IMG/VR virus record: IMGVR_UViG_3300046170_000009
Span: 1 to 50,203 of that record
Direction: 5' to 3' (one strand)
Origin: a virus
Lineage: Duplodnaviria; Caudoviricetes
DNA length: 50,203 bases
Within the stretch, counting starts at the first letter, position 1. Every line of letters begins with the position of its first letter. Shown here piece by piece: positions 1 through 9,655 of this stretch. A program made the position numbers and the translations under genes. Under the pieces are notes generated by a model. That model was given only the letters and a program-made list of their open reading frames with translations, was not told the origin of the DNA and did not search any database.

Positions 1-317
1 TTGTTTTTGCAGAGGCCGCAGGGTGTCTGGATCTGGTACGCACTATCGTGGCTGAGTGTGGCGTGTCTTGGTCAGCAGTCTTTGATCAGCTACCTAGACT
101 CAATAGCTCGCTGACCTACCTTGCGAATGCTTGGAATCAGTACTCAGATAAGATGGGTAAGAATCAATGGGCTGTCTACAATACGCTAACGGATTGGTCT
201 ACTCATGCCCCAGCGGCTACTCAAAAGACTCAGGCTAACATCGCCTCAGTGAATCACAAGCGCCAAGATATTGTACGCAACGTGTGTAACTCTGATGTCT
301 TCCGCATCGCGGCCTGA
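1..317 (+). CDS. DUF932/DUF945-like phage protein, 3' part
   Basis: In-frame continuation of the ORF from 49573; NQWAVYNTLTDWSTH resembles the DUF932 C-terminal W..YN..T...H motif. Confidence 0.75.
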   Translation, partial: VFAEAAGCLDLVRTIVAECGVSWSAVFDQLPRLNSSLTYLANAWNQYSDKMGKNQWAVYNTLTDWSTHAPAATQKTQANIASVNHKRQDIVRNVCNSDVFRIAA

Positions 318-468
318 GCGTATTGATATTGAATCTCTGGTTCAGTTATATATTTATCTCAAATCTAATCCAGATTACAGTGGACTAGCACATGAGTTAA
401 AAGAGTTACACTTTTCTGAATCAGAGATCTTCAATGTCCTTCACAAAGTTCGTGAAGGTTATTACTAA
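295..468 (+). CDS. hypothetical early protein
   Basis: ORF overlapping the upstream gene end and ending just before a terminator; start uncertain (271 or 295). Confidence 0.55.
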   Translation: MSSASRPERIDIESLVQLYIYLKSNPDYSGLAHELKELHFSESEIFNVLHKVREGYY

Positions 469-470
469 TC

Positions 471-491
471 AAAGCCCTTCGGGGCTTTTTT
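471..491 (+). terminator. intrinsic terminator with UUCG loop
   Basis: AAAGCCC-TTCG-GGGCTTT plus T run directly after the stop at 468. Confidence 0.8.
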
Positions 492-508
492 CTTATAGAA
501 TCTATAAG
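492..508. promoter_or_regulatory. 17-bp palindromic motif copy (CTTATAGAATCTATAAG)
   Basis: Perfect 8-1-8 dyad overlapping the AAGGAG RBS of the gene at 518; one of 8 copies. Confidence 0.8.
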
Positions 509-517
509 GAGTTATTA

Positions 518-724
518 GTGCCAAAGGAAAAAGAAAAAATATTAAATGTTCAAAGACTAATCAGATCAGCAATGAACGATGAAGACTACTGTTCTTTTAT
601 TCTTGATTGTTTACATGAAGAACAAAGTAAGTTTTCTTTAGAAAGATTAAATAAATTCTGGGACGATGCCGCTAAATCTAGTGACACCGTTGAAGAATGG
701 ATAACCAACAACAGAGGAAAGTAA
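518..724 (+). CDS. hypothetical early protein
   Basis: AAGGAG at 506-511 and GTG at 518; better supported than the 434 start. Confidence 0.65.
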   Translation: MPKEKEKILNVQRLIRSAMNDEDYCSFILDCLHEEQSKFSLERLNKFWDDAAKSSDTVEEWITNNRGK

Positions 725-725
725 T

Positions 726-947
726 ATGTATTATATAACACCCCGAAACCAGCGCGGCATTGGTGACATGATTATTTGGCGACAAGTTAAAAGACTAAAA
801 GACTTTAAAGCTGAAGATGGTTTTGAATATATTGTTGCTAGAAATGAAAGAGAAAGACGTATTGAAAGGGGTACTTCATTGCCAATCTATATTGGTTTGA
901 ATGGTAAACTAAAGAAGTGTAGTAGCTATGCACTCTATTTATTTTAG
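726..947 (+). CDS. hypothetical early protein
   Basis: GAGG RBS; tight packing with neighbours. Confidence 0.65.
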   Translation: MYYITPRNQRGIGDMIIWRQVKRLKDFKAEDGFEYIVARNERERRIERGTSLPIYIGLNGKLKKCSSYALYLF

Positions 948-955
948 GAGCTTGT

Positions 956-1348
956 ATGTTATTTAAAAACGAATGTAATCATCCAGAAGAAAACTATTTA
1001 TTTTCTATGGAGATTGACGGCGAGCAGTGTGATGTTTGGGTAGTAGAAGATTCTTGTAAATTAAAATGCGATAGAGATCACCATGAGTTTTGTTTGCGCT
1101 ATGGCAACGAAGACCACGAGTATAAAAGTAGTTGGGATTGTAGTTTAATTGAAAGAATTATTTGTCGCCGCACCCAATATTTAGAAGACGTAAATGAACG
1201 ACGAGATATTGACCAACTAATAAAACTAAAAGCAAGACTACAAGAAGCGGGGTACTGGGACATTGAATGGAATTTAGACTTAGAAATCATAGAGCTACAG
1301 GCACAAGTTAAAGAGTATAATGACATGCCACGTTTCAAATCTGTGTAG
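956..1348 (+). CDS. hypothetical early protein
   Basis: AGGAG RBS; 130 aa ORF in operon. Confidence 0.7.
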   Translation: MLFKNECNHPEENYLFSMEIDGEQCDVWVVEDSCKLKCDRDHHEFCLRYGNEDHEYKSSWDCSLIERIICRRTQYLEDVNERRDIDQLIKLKARLQEAGYWDIEWNLDLEIIELQAQVKEYNDMPRFKSV

Positions 1349-1365
1349 CTTATAGAATCTATAAG
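1349..1365. promoter_or_regulatory. 17-bp palindromic motif copy
   Basis: CTTATAGAATCTATAAG between the stop at 1348 and the RBS of the gene at 1375. Confidence 0.8.
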
Positions 1366-1374
1366 GAGTTTATT

Positions 1375-1989
1375 ATGTATAAAATTCATGCAAAAGCTGT
1401 GCAAGATTACTCTAGATTATCTAGTGACAATCTTTCTGATGTGATCCTGATGGTGGTACTGAGTATACAACAGCCTTGGTATGCGGTGGGTGATCAGCTA
1501 AAAGATGTAAAGAAACTTGGGCGTGACTCTAGATTTATTTGGGGTAACAAGATCAAAACCTTTGACTCGTTGAAGTCCAAGAAAGATTTTATTTATTCAC
1601 AGTATCTGGCAGTGCTCAACTCATCCAAGTCTGATGACGAACGGGCGCTGTCTTTGATGAATGTTTTCTTACAGATCGACGGGCTTGGTCTAGCTAAAGC
1701 TGGGTTCATGTGTCAGTTAACTGCGGGGCTGGTCGGGTGTATAGACGTACACAATATTCGGATGTACAATATTCCTAAGAAGGACTTGTCATTCTCTAAG
1801 TCTATCAAGTCTAAGGCATTGAAGGATAAGAAGATTTCTAATTATGTGTCGGTCTGCCATGACATCGGCACAGAAAATTTATGGGATACTTGGTGCAGTT
1901 TTCTAGCAACCAAGTCTAAGAAATTTGAAGATGGTTTTCATGTATCAAAAGTACATTATGACTTTCTTCAAAGTGCAGTAAATATTTAA
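1375..1989 (+). CDS. putative HhH-GPD superfamily DNA glycosylase-like protein
   Basis: LQIDGLGLAKAGF (helix-hairpin-helix-like) followed by CIDVHN, like the EndoIII/Ogg catalytic Asp motif. Confidence 0.55.
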   Translation: MYKIHAKAVQDYSRLSSDNLSDVILMVVLSIQQPWYAVGDQLKDVKKLGRDSRFIWGNKIKTFDSLKSKKDFIYSQYLAVLNSSKSDDERALSLMNVFLQIDGLGLAKAGFMCQLTAGLVGCIDVHNIRMYNIPKKDLSFSKSIKSKALKDKKISNYVSVCHDIGTENLWDTWCSFLATKSKKFEDGFHVSKVHYDFLQSAVNI

Positions 1990-2010
1990 TTAACTTATGG
2001 AGATATTCTC

Positions 2011-2361
2011 ATGCCTTTTATATCAGGTTATGCCAGTGTAAATGTAGATGTTAGTGACTTTAGTGACGAAGTAGAAATAAATTTTTATAATCTTGCTGAT
2101 GTCATTAGTGCCGCCGAAGATAATAATTATACTCTTGAAGAAATTGTTGATTATTGTTTTGAGCATGGCCTAAATATTTCAGATTATTTAATGTATACTT
2201 TAAGTCATGAGCAGTTTACAACAATTTATAAAAGGGCTGTCATTAATTATATGGATGAGCTTGAGCTTAAAATTTCTAATCAGGAAGACACCATCGCTGA
2301 ACTTAGTAAGAAACTAAAAGACTTGGAAGATGCGGAGGCTTTAAAGGATGTCGCATACTAG
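2011..2361 (+). CDS. hypothetical acidic protein with C-terminal coiled coil
   Basis: GGAG RBS; heptad-like C-terminus. Confidence 0.65.
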   Translation: MPFISGYASVNVDVSDFSDEVEINFYNLADVISAAEDNNYTLEEIVDYCFEHGLNISDYLMYTLSHEQFTTIYKRAVINYMDELELKISNQEDTIAELSKKLKDLEDAEALKDVAY

Positions 2362-2554
2362 ATTCATCTGTTGTTTAACTGACGATCATCCAAAGGTTGT
2401 GGAGTTACCCACATCCCTTGAGGAGCTTGATGATTGGCAGAAAGGACGCAAGGATCTTGGGGTAGCAATGCCCCAACTTTCTCCTGCGGAAATGGACTTT
2501 GTATTACACGGTATTTTTTCTAGTGGACTGAAGGAGATTAAAGATGGAGAATGA
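2348..2554 (+). CDS. hypothetical phage protein
   Basis: Overlapping operon ORF; AMPQLSPAEMDFVLHGI resembles a common small phage protein motif. Confidence 0.6.
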   Translation: MSHTRFICCLTDDHPKVVELPTSLEELDDWQKGRKDLGVAMPQLSPAEMDFVLHGIFSSGLKEIKDGE

Positions 2555-2717
2555 GTCGCTGGTTATTTGGGTATTGGAATACTTTGATACTGTCGCAGGA
2601 GATAGTTCTATTGACCTGTATAAAACTGAAAAGATGGCAAGAGATGATGCAAAAAAGTTATCGGCTGATGGCATTATTGAATCATATATTGTTTATCAAC
2701 GGAGGGTTTGGGAATGA
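2544..2717 (+). CDS. hypothetical protein (57 aa, not in ORF track)
   Basis: AAGGAG RBS; ATG 2544 to TGA 2717; ATGA overlap with the next gene. Confidence 0.65.
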   Translation: MENESLVIWVLEYFDTVAGDSSIDLYKTEKMARDDAKKLSADGIIESYIVYQRRVWE

Positions 2718-2956
2718 GTACATCTAGTATGTATGGTTATCAAGTAATGGATGCAGAGTTAGACTGCGAGTGGATGTCTATCTATGTAACTATTGAGTAT
2801 CTTGTGCATGGTGATGAGGAGAATCTAGTTGAAATTGTATCAGTTAAAACACGCGGAGTTGACATCACTAGCTGGGTCAATAGTAATTATATATATGATC
2901 TTATTGCTGATGAGATAAGTAACGCTGACTATCATTGGAGTGATCACGGAGATTGA
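2714..2956 (+). CDS. hypothetical acidic protein
   Basis: ATGA-coupled start with GGAGG upstream. Confidence 0.65.
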   Translation: MSTSSMYGYQVMDAELDCEWMSIYVTIEYLVHGDEENLVEIVSVKTRGVDITSWVNSNYIYDLIADEISNADYHWSDHGD

Positions 2957-2957
2957 T

Positions 2958-3488
2958 ATGAATATCTTTTATCTTGATGACTGTCCACGTAGGGCCGCTG
3001 AAGAGCAATGTGATCAGCATATTGTTAAGATGCCCCTTGAAACTGCACAGATTTTGTCCACGGCTCATCGTGTTCTTGATGGCACAATGGTGATCGGACA
3101 ATCTTCTTCAGGCCGTAAAGCTAAACGCTGGGTGCTAGATAAATATGATGACAAGTTTTATCTTGCGGCCCATGTCAATCATCCCAGCACTGTCTGGGCT
3201 AGGCAAAGTAAACAACATTATCAATGGTTGTATGAACACTTTGAAGCCCTTAGTATGGAGTTTCAAAGCCGCTTCAAACACAGTCATAAAAGCTGGAACA
3301 AGTTAAAGTTCTTTACGAGCAAAGCTCCACAAAACATTGAAGTCTCTGGTTTTGTTGAGCCGCCTCAGTGTATGCCTGATGAGTACAAAGATACTGATAC
3401 TATCAAAGCGTACAAAAAATATTATGACTTTAAGTTCCATGATTGGATAGAAAAGGGGAGGCCCATGCGATGGACAAAGAGCGCGTAA
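2958..3488 (+). CDS. pyrimidine dimer DNA glycosylase-like protein (DenV/Pyr_excise superfamily)
   Basis: MNIFYLD..CDQHIVKMPLETAQILSTAH..HVNHPSTVWARQS..HYQWL signature. Confidence 0.75.
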   Translation: MNIFYLDDCPRRAAEEQCDQHIVKMPLETAQILSTAHRVLDGTMVIGQSSSGRKAKRWVLDKYDDKFYLAAHVNHPSTVWARQSKQHYQWLYEHFEALSMEFQSRFKHSHKSWNKLKFFTSKAPQNIEVSGFVEPPQCMPDEYKDTDTIKAYKKYYDFKFHDWIEKGRPMRWTKSA

Positions 3489-3598
3489 AACATTTTATTG
3501 CTACGATGCCTGAGTACTGGTATGCGTTAGCCATAATTGTTTTTTTTAGTATTGGTTTTATGATAGGTGATTACATTAAATATGGAGGTACGTCGTGA
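3470..3598 (+). CDS. small single-TM membrane protein (42 aa, not in ORF track)
   Basis: GGGGAGG RBS; hydrophobic YWYALAIIVFFSIGFMIG; GTGA overlap with the next gene. Confidence 0.6.
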   Translation: MDKERVKHFIATMPEYWYALAIIVFFSIGFMIGDYIKYGGTS

Positions 3599-3903
3599 GT
3601 ATTGATGATATAACACCAGAAGAATGGGACAATATTTTTAAACCAAAAACAACTTGTGGAAAACTTTTTCATCCTCAAGATAATCATACCGCTAATCCTG
3701 TAACAAAGCCTGAGCATTATAATAAAGGTGGTGTCGAGGCTATTGATTATATTAAACAACAATTGGGTGATGGCTTTGGTGACTACTGTGCTGGGAATGT
3801 CCATAAATATCTTCATAGGTTTCGTTACAAGAATGGGGTAGAGGATCTACGAAAGGCCCGTGTCTATCTTGATTGGTTAATTGAGGACATAGTAAATGAA
3901 TAA
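3595..3903 (+). CDS. DUF3310 protein (T7 gp1.7-like putative nucleotide kinase)
   Basis: VTKPEHYNKGGVEAIDYI..GNVHKYLHRFRYKNGVEDLRKA signature. Confidence 0.85.
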   Translation: MSIDDITPEEWDNIFKPKTTCGKLFHPQDNHTANPVTKPEHYNKGGVEAIDYIKQQLGDGFGDYCAGNVHKYLHRFRYKNGVEDLRKARVYLDWLIEDIVNE

Positions 3904-4228
3904 TGATACCATTGTATCGGATGAAGGTAAAGAATATTCTATTGAAGAAATCAAACACAGTAATAGAATATTAAAAAGCGCAACACCTAAAGGAACTTTA
4001 GATTGGCATCTTAAATGGATTGCTAGTGCATGGTTATTGGTTGCAATATCTTTAAGAAGCACTGGGGTTCCAGAGCTACAAGTCTATGATATGCTTTTAA
4101 GTTTTGCAGGTACATCCCTCTGGGCTGTTGTAGGATTTATGTGGCGTGATCGTGCTATAATAATGATTAATACTATAGCGGCAGTACTTTTGTTGGGTGG
4201 TTTAATCGGAAAAATATTTGGAGTTTAG
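3896..4228 (+). CDS. three-TM membrane protein (DUF6552-like)
   Basis: LDWHLKWIASAWLL motif and three hydrophobic segments. Confidence 0.6.
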   Translation: MNNDTIVSDEGKEYSIEEIKHSNRILKSATPKGTLDWHLKWIASAWLLVAISLRSTGVPELQVYDMLLSFAGTSLWAVVGFMWRDRAIIMINTIAAVLLLGGLIGKIFGV

Positions 4229-4229
4229 T

Positions 4230-4541
4230 ATGACCTTTGATGAGTATCAGACTAGGGCATCTGTAACGGCCCTATACGAAGATAATTTTTATCCTATTGC
4301 ATCTTTAATGGTAGAGTCTGCTGAGTTATCAGACCTGTTTATCAAGCCTCGTTTGAGGGGCGATGACAAACAAATAGACAGGCATGATATAGTGTCTGAG
4401 GCGGGTGATGTTTTGTGGAATCTTGCCATGTTATTACGTGATAATGGTATTGACTTCTCAGAAGTTGCCAATTATAATCTATCTAAACTTCAGAGTCGTG
4501 TAGACCGTGGAGTTATTAAAGGCTCTGGAGGTAATCGTTGA
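4230..4541 (+). CDS. MazG-like nucleotide pyrophosphohydrolase
   Basis: FDEYQ..ESAEL..EAGDVLWNLA..NLSKLQSR motif. Confidence 0.85.
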   Translation: MTFDEYQTRASVTALYEDNFYPIASLMVESAELSDLFIKPRLRGDDKQIDRHDIVSEAGDVLWNLAMLLRDNGIDFSEVANYNLSKLQSRVDRGVIKGSGGNR

Positions 4542-4774
4542 AGATTATACAAGGTAATTTTAGTAAAGATAAGAAAAAAACTTTAAACGAAAAAGTCTCT
4601 GAAGGTCTTTCAAAACTAGAAGAATCTTCAGAAGAAGAAATATTAAGGTATCCTTTTATTTTGATTGTTGATACTGGTGAAGATTTAAAAGTAGTTTCTG
4701 ATGTTGAAATGGAAAAGTTTAATTTGCTTTTAGATCTTGTTAAGATGACTGTCCTTACCGGAAGTTATGAATAG
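4538..4774 (+). CDS. hypothetical protein
   Basis: GGAGG RBS; TTG start overlapping the previous stop. Confidence 0.65.
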   Translation: MKIIQGNFSKDKKKTLNEKVSEGLSKLEESSEEEILRYPFILIVDTGEDLKVVSDVEMEKFNLLLDLVKMTVLTGSYE

Positions 4775-4782
4775 GAGAAAGT

Positions 4783-4989
4783 ATGGAGGAAGATGAGTTT
4801 AATATTGAAGATGCTGTGTGTCGGGCATTTATTTTGTCGTTAGGTACTAGCCTACCGTCCCCCAACACAGTCCAGAATATGATTAGTTGGATAAAAATTC
4901 AGGCTCGTAAAGAGCAAGAACAATTATCTACTGATTATGTGTATAGTTGTATCCCTCGTTATATTAACTTTATGTTTAACAAATCTTAG
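4783..4989 (+). CDS. hypothetical protein
   Basis: AGGAG RBS; operon position. Confidence 0.65.
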   Translation: MEEDEFNIEDAVCRAFILSLGTSLPSPNTVQNMISWIKIQARKEQEQLSTDYVYSCIPRYINFMFNKS

Positions 4990-5001
4990 GAGATTTTTAT
5001 T

Positions 5002-5427
5002 ATGGCACTTGTTGAAGGCGTAGCAATGTGGGCTTCTATTACCACACCTAACACTACTTATACTCCAGCATATCAAGTAAATCTTGTTGTTTCTGAGGAC
5101 GTTGCAAACGATTTCAGATCACGAGGCTTTACGGTTAAGGATATGGAGGAGGGGCCAGCACTTATGATTAAGCGAAAAGTTGATGGGCCTAACGGCATGG
5201 TTCGTACAGCACCTAAACTTTTAGATAGGAATAAAAATCCTATGAACGTCGCAGTTGGTAATGGCTCAAAGGTTAAGGTGCAGTACAAAGAGTGGGAGTC
5301 TACTTGGAACGGCACATTGTACAAAGGTCTAGACTTGCAAGCTATGCAAGTTATAGAGCTTGTTGAGTATGCCAGCCCCGATGGTTCTGAATTTGATATT
5401 GAAGATGATGATGGAGATGAGTTGTAA
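5002..5427 (+). CDS. single-stranded DNA-binding protein (T7 gp2.5/DUF2815-like)
   Basis: VGNGSKVKV, LQAMQVIELVEY and acidic tail EDDDGDEL; upstream of primase. Confidence 0.8.
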   Translation: MALVEGVAMWASITTPNTTYTPAYQVNLVVSEDVANDFRSRGFTVKDMEEGPALMIKRKVDGPNGMVRTAPKLLDRNKNPMNVAVGNGSKVKVQYKEWESTWNGTLYKGLDLQAMQVIELVEYASPDGSEFDIEDDDGDEL

Positions 5428-5645
5428 TGTGGCAATATAAACACGACGATAAGGTCTATGACGTTGAGAAAACTTCAGCAGAAGGGCAGGCTACTTTTAT
5501 GTTACTAGCTGAAGTTCAAAGCCGCCTTGAAAAGATGGAAACAGAAGTAACCATTAATCAAGCGGCGTCTGTTGCACTACACCAAAAGATGCAAGAGTTT
5601 CTTTCTGATGATGCAATAGTTGAGGATGATGAAACGGAGGAGTAA
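5427..5645 (+). CDS. hypothetical protein
   Basis: TAATG-coupled ORF between SSB and primase. Confidence 0.65.
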   Translation: MWQYKHDDKVYDVEKTSAEGQATFMLLAEVQSRLEKMETEVTINQAASVALHQKMQEFLSDDAIVEDDETEE

Positions 5646-5648
5646 ATC

Positions 5649-7304
5649 ATGGGCGAATTTGTGGAGTATCACAAGCCTTGTCCAAGTTGTGGAGGCAGTG
5701 ATCCTGTCTCCATAAACTCAGATGGTTCTGCAAAATGTTTTAGTTGTGGAACCTTTTTTAAAGATTACGAATCTGCGATGGGAGGAAACGTGGCAGACTT
5801 TAATAGCTTTAAAAGATCAAACGATAATACTTCATTCACCAACAGCGTGTATCACGCACTCACCGATAGATCTATTTCTCTTGAGACTGCAAAGAAGTTT
5901 GGTGTTCGTTCAGTCAAAGATGAGAAAGGTAATATTATTCAGCATCACTATCCGGTATACATAAACAATGAAGAAGTCGCTACAAAAGTTCGCAATCCTA
6001 ATAAAGCATTTACTTGGTCAGGCTCACCTAAAGGAACTGGGCTTTTTGGTCAGCAAGTGGCACAGTCGGGCGGCAAATACATTACGATCACTGAAGGTGA
6101 ATGTGATGCTATGGCGGCATACGAACTGCTTGGTAGTAAGTGGCCCGTCGTATCTGTTAAGAATGGAGCACAAGGCGCGGCAAAGGACGTTCAAGAAAAT
6201 CTTGAGTTCCTTGAATCGTTTGATACGGTGGTCATTTCATTCGACAACGACAAGCCGGGACGAGAAGCCGCAAAGAAAGTGGCGCGTATTATCAAGCCCG
6301 GAAAAGCTAAGATACTCACACTACCTACTGAGTTCAAAGACCCTAACGAAATGCTCAAGTTGGGTCATCACAAGGCTTACGTTACTGCATGGTGGGCTTC
6401 AAAACTTTACACGCCGTCTGGGATTCTAAACGTCAGTGAAGAGCGTGAGAACTACAAGAAGCGTGAGCGTAAAGAGTCTATCCCCTATCCTTGGAGCGGT
6501 CTTAATACAAAGCTTGATGGATTGAGGCAAGGAGAATTAATCACACTGACAGGCGGTACAGGCTTAGGTAAGTCTAGCGTTACTCGTGAGCTTGAACACT
6601 GGCTTATCACCAACACCAACGACAAGGTAGGTGTCATAGCTCTTGAAGAAGATTGGCGTCGAACTGTAGATGGTATTCTTTCTATTGAAGCTAATGCCAA
6701 ACTACATATTGATAGTGTTCGTACTGAGTTCACTGAAGAAGAAATAGATAATTTCTTTAATGTTCTGTACGACGGTCAAAATAAGAACCGTGTATTTGTT
6801 CATGCTCACCTTGGAATGAATGATGTCGATAGTGTATTTTCTAAACTACGCTTTATGGCAATGGGGCTTGAATGTAAGTGGATAGTATTTGATCACTTGC
6901 ATATGTTATTGTCGATGACAACAGACGGTGATGAACGTCGCAATATAGATTCTATAATGCACAACTTCAGAACACTTGTTGAAGAGACAGGCGTAGGTTT
7001 AATTCTTGTGTCACACCTTAGAAGAGTTGATGGTAATCGCGGTCATGAAAATGGTATTGAAACAGGACTCAATCATCTACGCGGCTCACAAAGTATTGCT
7101 CAGTTATCTGATTGTGTTATATCTTTAGAGCGTAACCAACAATCAGAAGATCCTATTGAGGCCAGTACAACAAAGGTAAGGGTCTTGAAGTCTAGGTACA
7201 CAGGAGATGTCGGCTTGGCTACCCATTTGTTTTATGACAAAGACAGTGGTAGACTCAGCGAGATCGCTATGGAAATAGAAGAACAGGATGAGCTTGAGTT
7301 ATGA
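5649..7304 (+). CDS. T7 gp4-like DNA primase/helicase
   Basis: Zn finger CPSC..CFSC, TOPRIM EGECDA and FDND, Walker A GGTGLGKS, VFDHLH, LRGSQSIAQLSD. Confidence 0.95.
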   Translation: MGEFVEYHKPCPSCGGSDPVSINSDGSAKCFSCGTFFKDYESAMGGNVADFNSFKRSNDNTSFTNSVYHALTDRSISLETAKKFGVRSVKDEKGNIIQHHYPVYINNEEVATKVRNPNKAFTWSGSPKGTGLFGQQVAQSGGKYITITEGECDAMAAYELLGSKWPVVSVKNGAQGAAKDVQENLEFLESFDTVVISFDNDKPGREAAKKVARIIKPGKAKILTLPTEFKDPNEMLKLGHHKAYVTAWWASKLYTPSGILNVSEERENYKKRERKESIPYPWSGLNTKLDGLRQGELITLTGGTGLGKSSVTRELEHWLITNTNDKVGVIALEEDWRRTVDGILSIEANAKLHIDSVRTEFTEEEIDNFFNVLYDGQNKNRVFVHAHLGMNDVDSVFSKLRFMAMGLECKWIVFDHLHMLLSMTTDGDERRNIDSIMHNFRTLVEETGVGLILVSHLRRVDGNRGHENGIETGLNHLRGSQSIAQLSDCVISLERNQQSEDPIEASTTKVRVLKSRYTGDVGLATHLFYDKDSGRLSEIAMEIEEQDELEL

Positions 7305-9055
7305 AGAGCATAGTATTTGATATTGAGGCAGACAGTTTAGAGCCTACAAAGATTTGGTGTATTGCCGCAGTCGATCCTGACTCTGGTGAAACCAAAACCT
7401 TTGGGCCTACTGAGATTGTTAATGGCCTTGCGTTTCTTACGACTGCTGAGAAGCTGATAGGCCATAACATTATTGGCTATGATCTTCCTGCCATCAAGAA
7501 AATACACAACGTAGATCTAACAGAAGGGCGAGCAATTGTTGATACCCTTGTCTTGTCCCGTTTGTTTAATCCTACAAGAGAGGGTGGTCATAGCCTAGAG
7601 TCTTGGGGTTATCGCATTGGCCTACAGAAAATAGATCATACAGAGTTTGGAGAATACTCTCCAGAAATGTTGAACTATTGTAGGAATGATGCAGTTCTCA
7701 ACGCTAAGATGTTTAACAATCTTAAAACAGAGTCTCGTGGCTTTAGTCGGCAGTCTGTTGTTCTTGAACATGAGGCACTAAAGATTATTGCAGATCAAAG
7801 AGAACGTGGCTTTCTACTTGATGTCAGGTCTGCAACTTTACTTGAGGCTGAATTGACTGACCGCCTAAAAGAAGTAGAGCGTGAGGTTCAAAAATCTTTT
7901 AGGCCCAAGCAACTAAAGACTATCTTGTTGCCGCACTTCACCAAGACAGGTGCGCTTTCTAAGATGGGGCAGATAGAAGGCTCGCCAAAGAAAAGCAGGC
8001 TAACGCAAGAAGAGTATGAAGACATAGCCACTAAGCGTAAAGCTATTCGCATTGAAGAAGTACCCTTCAACTTGGGGTCACGAAAACAAATAGGCGAGTA
8101 TCTTATCGACTTTGGTTGGAAGCCAAAAAGATTTACGCCTACAGGTCAGCCTATTGTAGATGAGTCAACACTCAGCAAGATTAAAAATATTCCTGAAGCT
8201 ACACTGATTGCTGAGTATCTTCTACTTCAGAAACGAATAGCACAGGTTAAATCTTGGTTGAAGGCAACGCATGAAGATGATCGTGTGAGAGGCTTTGTAA
8301 ATCCTAATGGTACTATCACAGGACGTATGACACATAACAGCCCTAACATGGCACAGGTTCCAAATCTTTCTGCCCCTTACGGTAAAGAATGTAGATCCTG
8401 TTGGACAGTACCAGAAGGCTATAAGCTAGTAGGTATTGATGCCAGCGGTCTAGAGTTACGAATGCTTGCACACTATATGAAGGATGAGGACTTCAAAAAT
8501 GAAATACTCCACGGAGACATACACTCAGCTAACCAAAAGCTTGCAGGACTTGAATCAAGAAATCAGGCGAAAACATTTATCTATGCACTCTTGTACGGAG
8601 CAGGAGATGAGAAACTTGGTAGTGTGGTCGGAGGAAATAAGCGTGATGGTGCGAAACTTAGAAAGCGTTTCTTCGATAATCTCCCTGCATTTAAACATCT
8701 TAAAGACAGGGTTGGACGAGCGGCTTCAAAAGGTTTCCTCAAAGGACTAGATGGGCGTAAGTTATATGTTCGTTCTGAACACGCCGCACTGAACACACTG
8801 CTTCAAAGCGCAGGAGCTATCGTCATGAAGCAGGCGATGGTAAATCTTAATCAGCTAATCAGGCTCAATACATTAGACGCACACTTTGTCTGCAACGTAC
8901 ACGACGAATGGCAGTTAGAAGTAAAAGAATCTGTGGCTGATTCAACAGGACAACTGGGGGTTGATGCAATAAAGCAAGCGGGTGTAGGACTAGAATTATT
9001 TTGTCCTCTTGATGGTGAATACAAGCTAGGAGATAACTGGAGTGAAACACACTGA
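7301..9055 (+). CDS. polA: family A DNA polymerase (T7 gp5-like, Tyr762 type)
   Basis: Exo DIEAD, motif A DASGLELR, motif B RNQAKTFIYALLYG, motif C VHDE. Confidence 0.95.
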   Translation: MKSIVFDIEADSLEPTKIWCIAAVDPDSGETKTFGPTEIVNGLAFLTTAEKLIGHNIIGYDLPAIKKIHNVDLTEGRAIVDTLVLSRLFNPTREGGHSLESWGYRIGLQKIDHTEFGEYSPEMLNYCRNDAVLNAKMFNNLKTESRGFSRQSVVLEHEALKIIADQRERGFLLDVRSATLLEAELTDRLKEVEREVQKSFRPKQLKTILLPHFTKTGALSKMGQIEGSPKKSRLTQEEYEDIATKRKAIRIEEVPFNLGSRKQIGEYLIDFGWKPKRFTPTGQPIVDESTLSKIKNIPEATLIAEYLLLQKRIAQVKSWLKATHEDDRVRGFVNPNGTITGRMTHNSPNMAQVPNLSAPYGKECRSCWTVPEGYKLVGIDASGLELRMLAHYMKDEDFKNEILHGDIHSANQKLAGLESRNQAKTFIYALLYGAGDEKLGSVVGGNKRDGAKLRKRFFDNLPAFKHLKDRVGRAASKGFLKGLDGRKLYVRSEHAALNTLLQSAGAIVMKQAMVNLNQLIRLNTLDAHFVCNVHDEWQLEVKESVADSTGQLGVDAIKQAGVGLELFCPLDGEYKLGDNWSETH

Positions 9056-9374
9056 TATGAAACAGCTTAATATTTTTGATGATCTAAGCCCACACAAACT
9101 GCATAGAAAAAATGATCCAAACACAAGTAAGGAAGCCGCTTATTCAACACCCTTAGCAAAAACTAGGGCGTTTGTTCTAGACCTAATTGAAGAGGCAGGA
9201 GCGCGGGGGATTACAATAAGAGATATGACAAAAAGGTTTCCTGAGATATCTCCTAGCTCTATAACATCTAGACCTAATGAGTTGGCAAAACTAGGACTTA
9301 TCTTTTATGCTGGGGATAAACGAGATGGGTCGAGAGTTATAAGACACCATAAATACAAGGAAAATAAAAAATGA
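9042..9374 (+). CDS. putative winged-HTH DNA-binding protein
   Basis: HRKNDPNTSKEAA..GITIRDM..SITSRPNELAKLGLI pattern seen in phage wHTH proteins. Confidence 0.6.
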   Translation: MKHTDMKQLNIFDDLSPHKLHRKNDPNTSKEAAYSTPLAKTRAFVLDLIEEAGARGITIRDMTKRFPEISPSSITSRPNELAKLGLIFYAGDKRDGSRVIRHHKYKENKK

Positions 9375-9655
9375 AAGTACAGCACGAACCAAATAGGATC
9401 GGTGACTTAGCAGAACACTATGCCGTTACATGGTTATGGGACAATGGTTATCATGTATTTAAAAACTGTGGATGCACAGGGCCAGTGGATATTGTTGCTC
9501 TAAACCCAGAGGGTAAGGTCACTTTGATAGATGTTAAGTCTTATAAAGACGGCAGGCTCTCTGCAAAAACTCCACTTCAAAAAGAACTTGGTGTGCAGTA
9601 CCTACACTACAATTCAAAGACACGTAAGTGTCGATTCGTAAGGCATAGAAAATGA
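9371..9655 (+). CDS. small PD-(D/E)XK nuclease / Holliday junction resolvase-like protein
   Basis: GDLAE..GPVDIVA..LIDVKS. Confidence 0.7.
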   Translation: MKVQHEPNRIGDLAEHYAVTWLWDNGYHVFKNCGCTGPVDIVALNPEGKVTLIDVKSYKDGRLSAKTPLQKELGVQYLHYNSKTRKCRFVRHRK

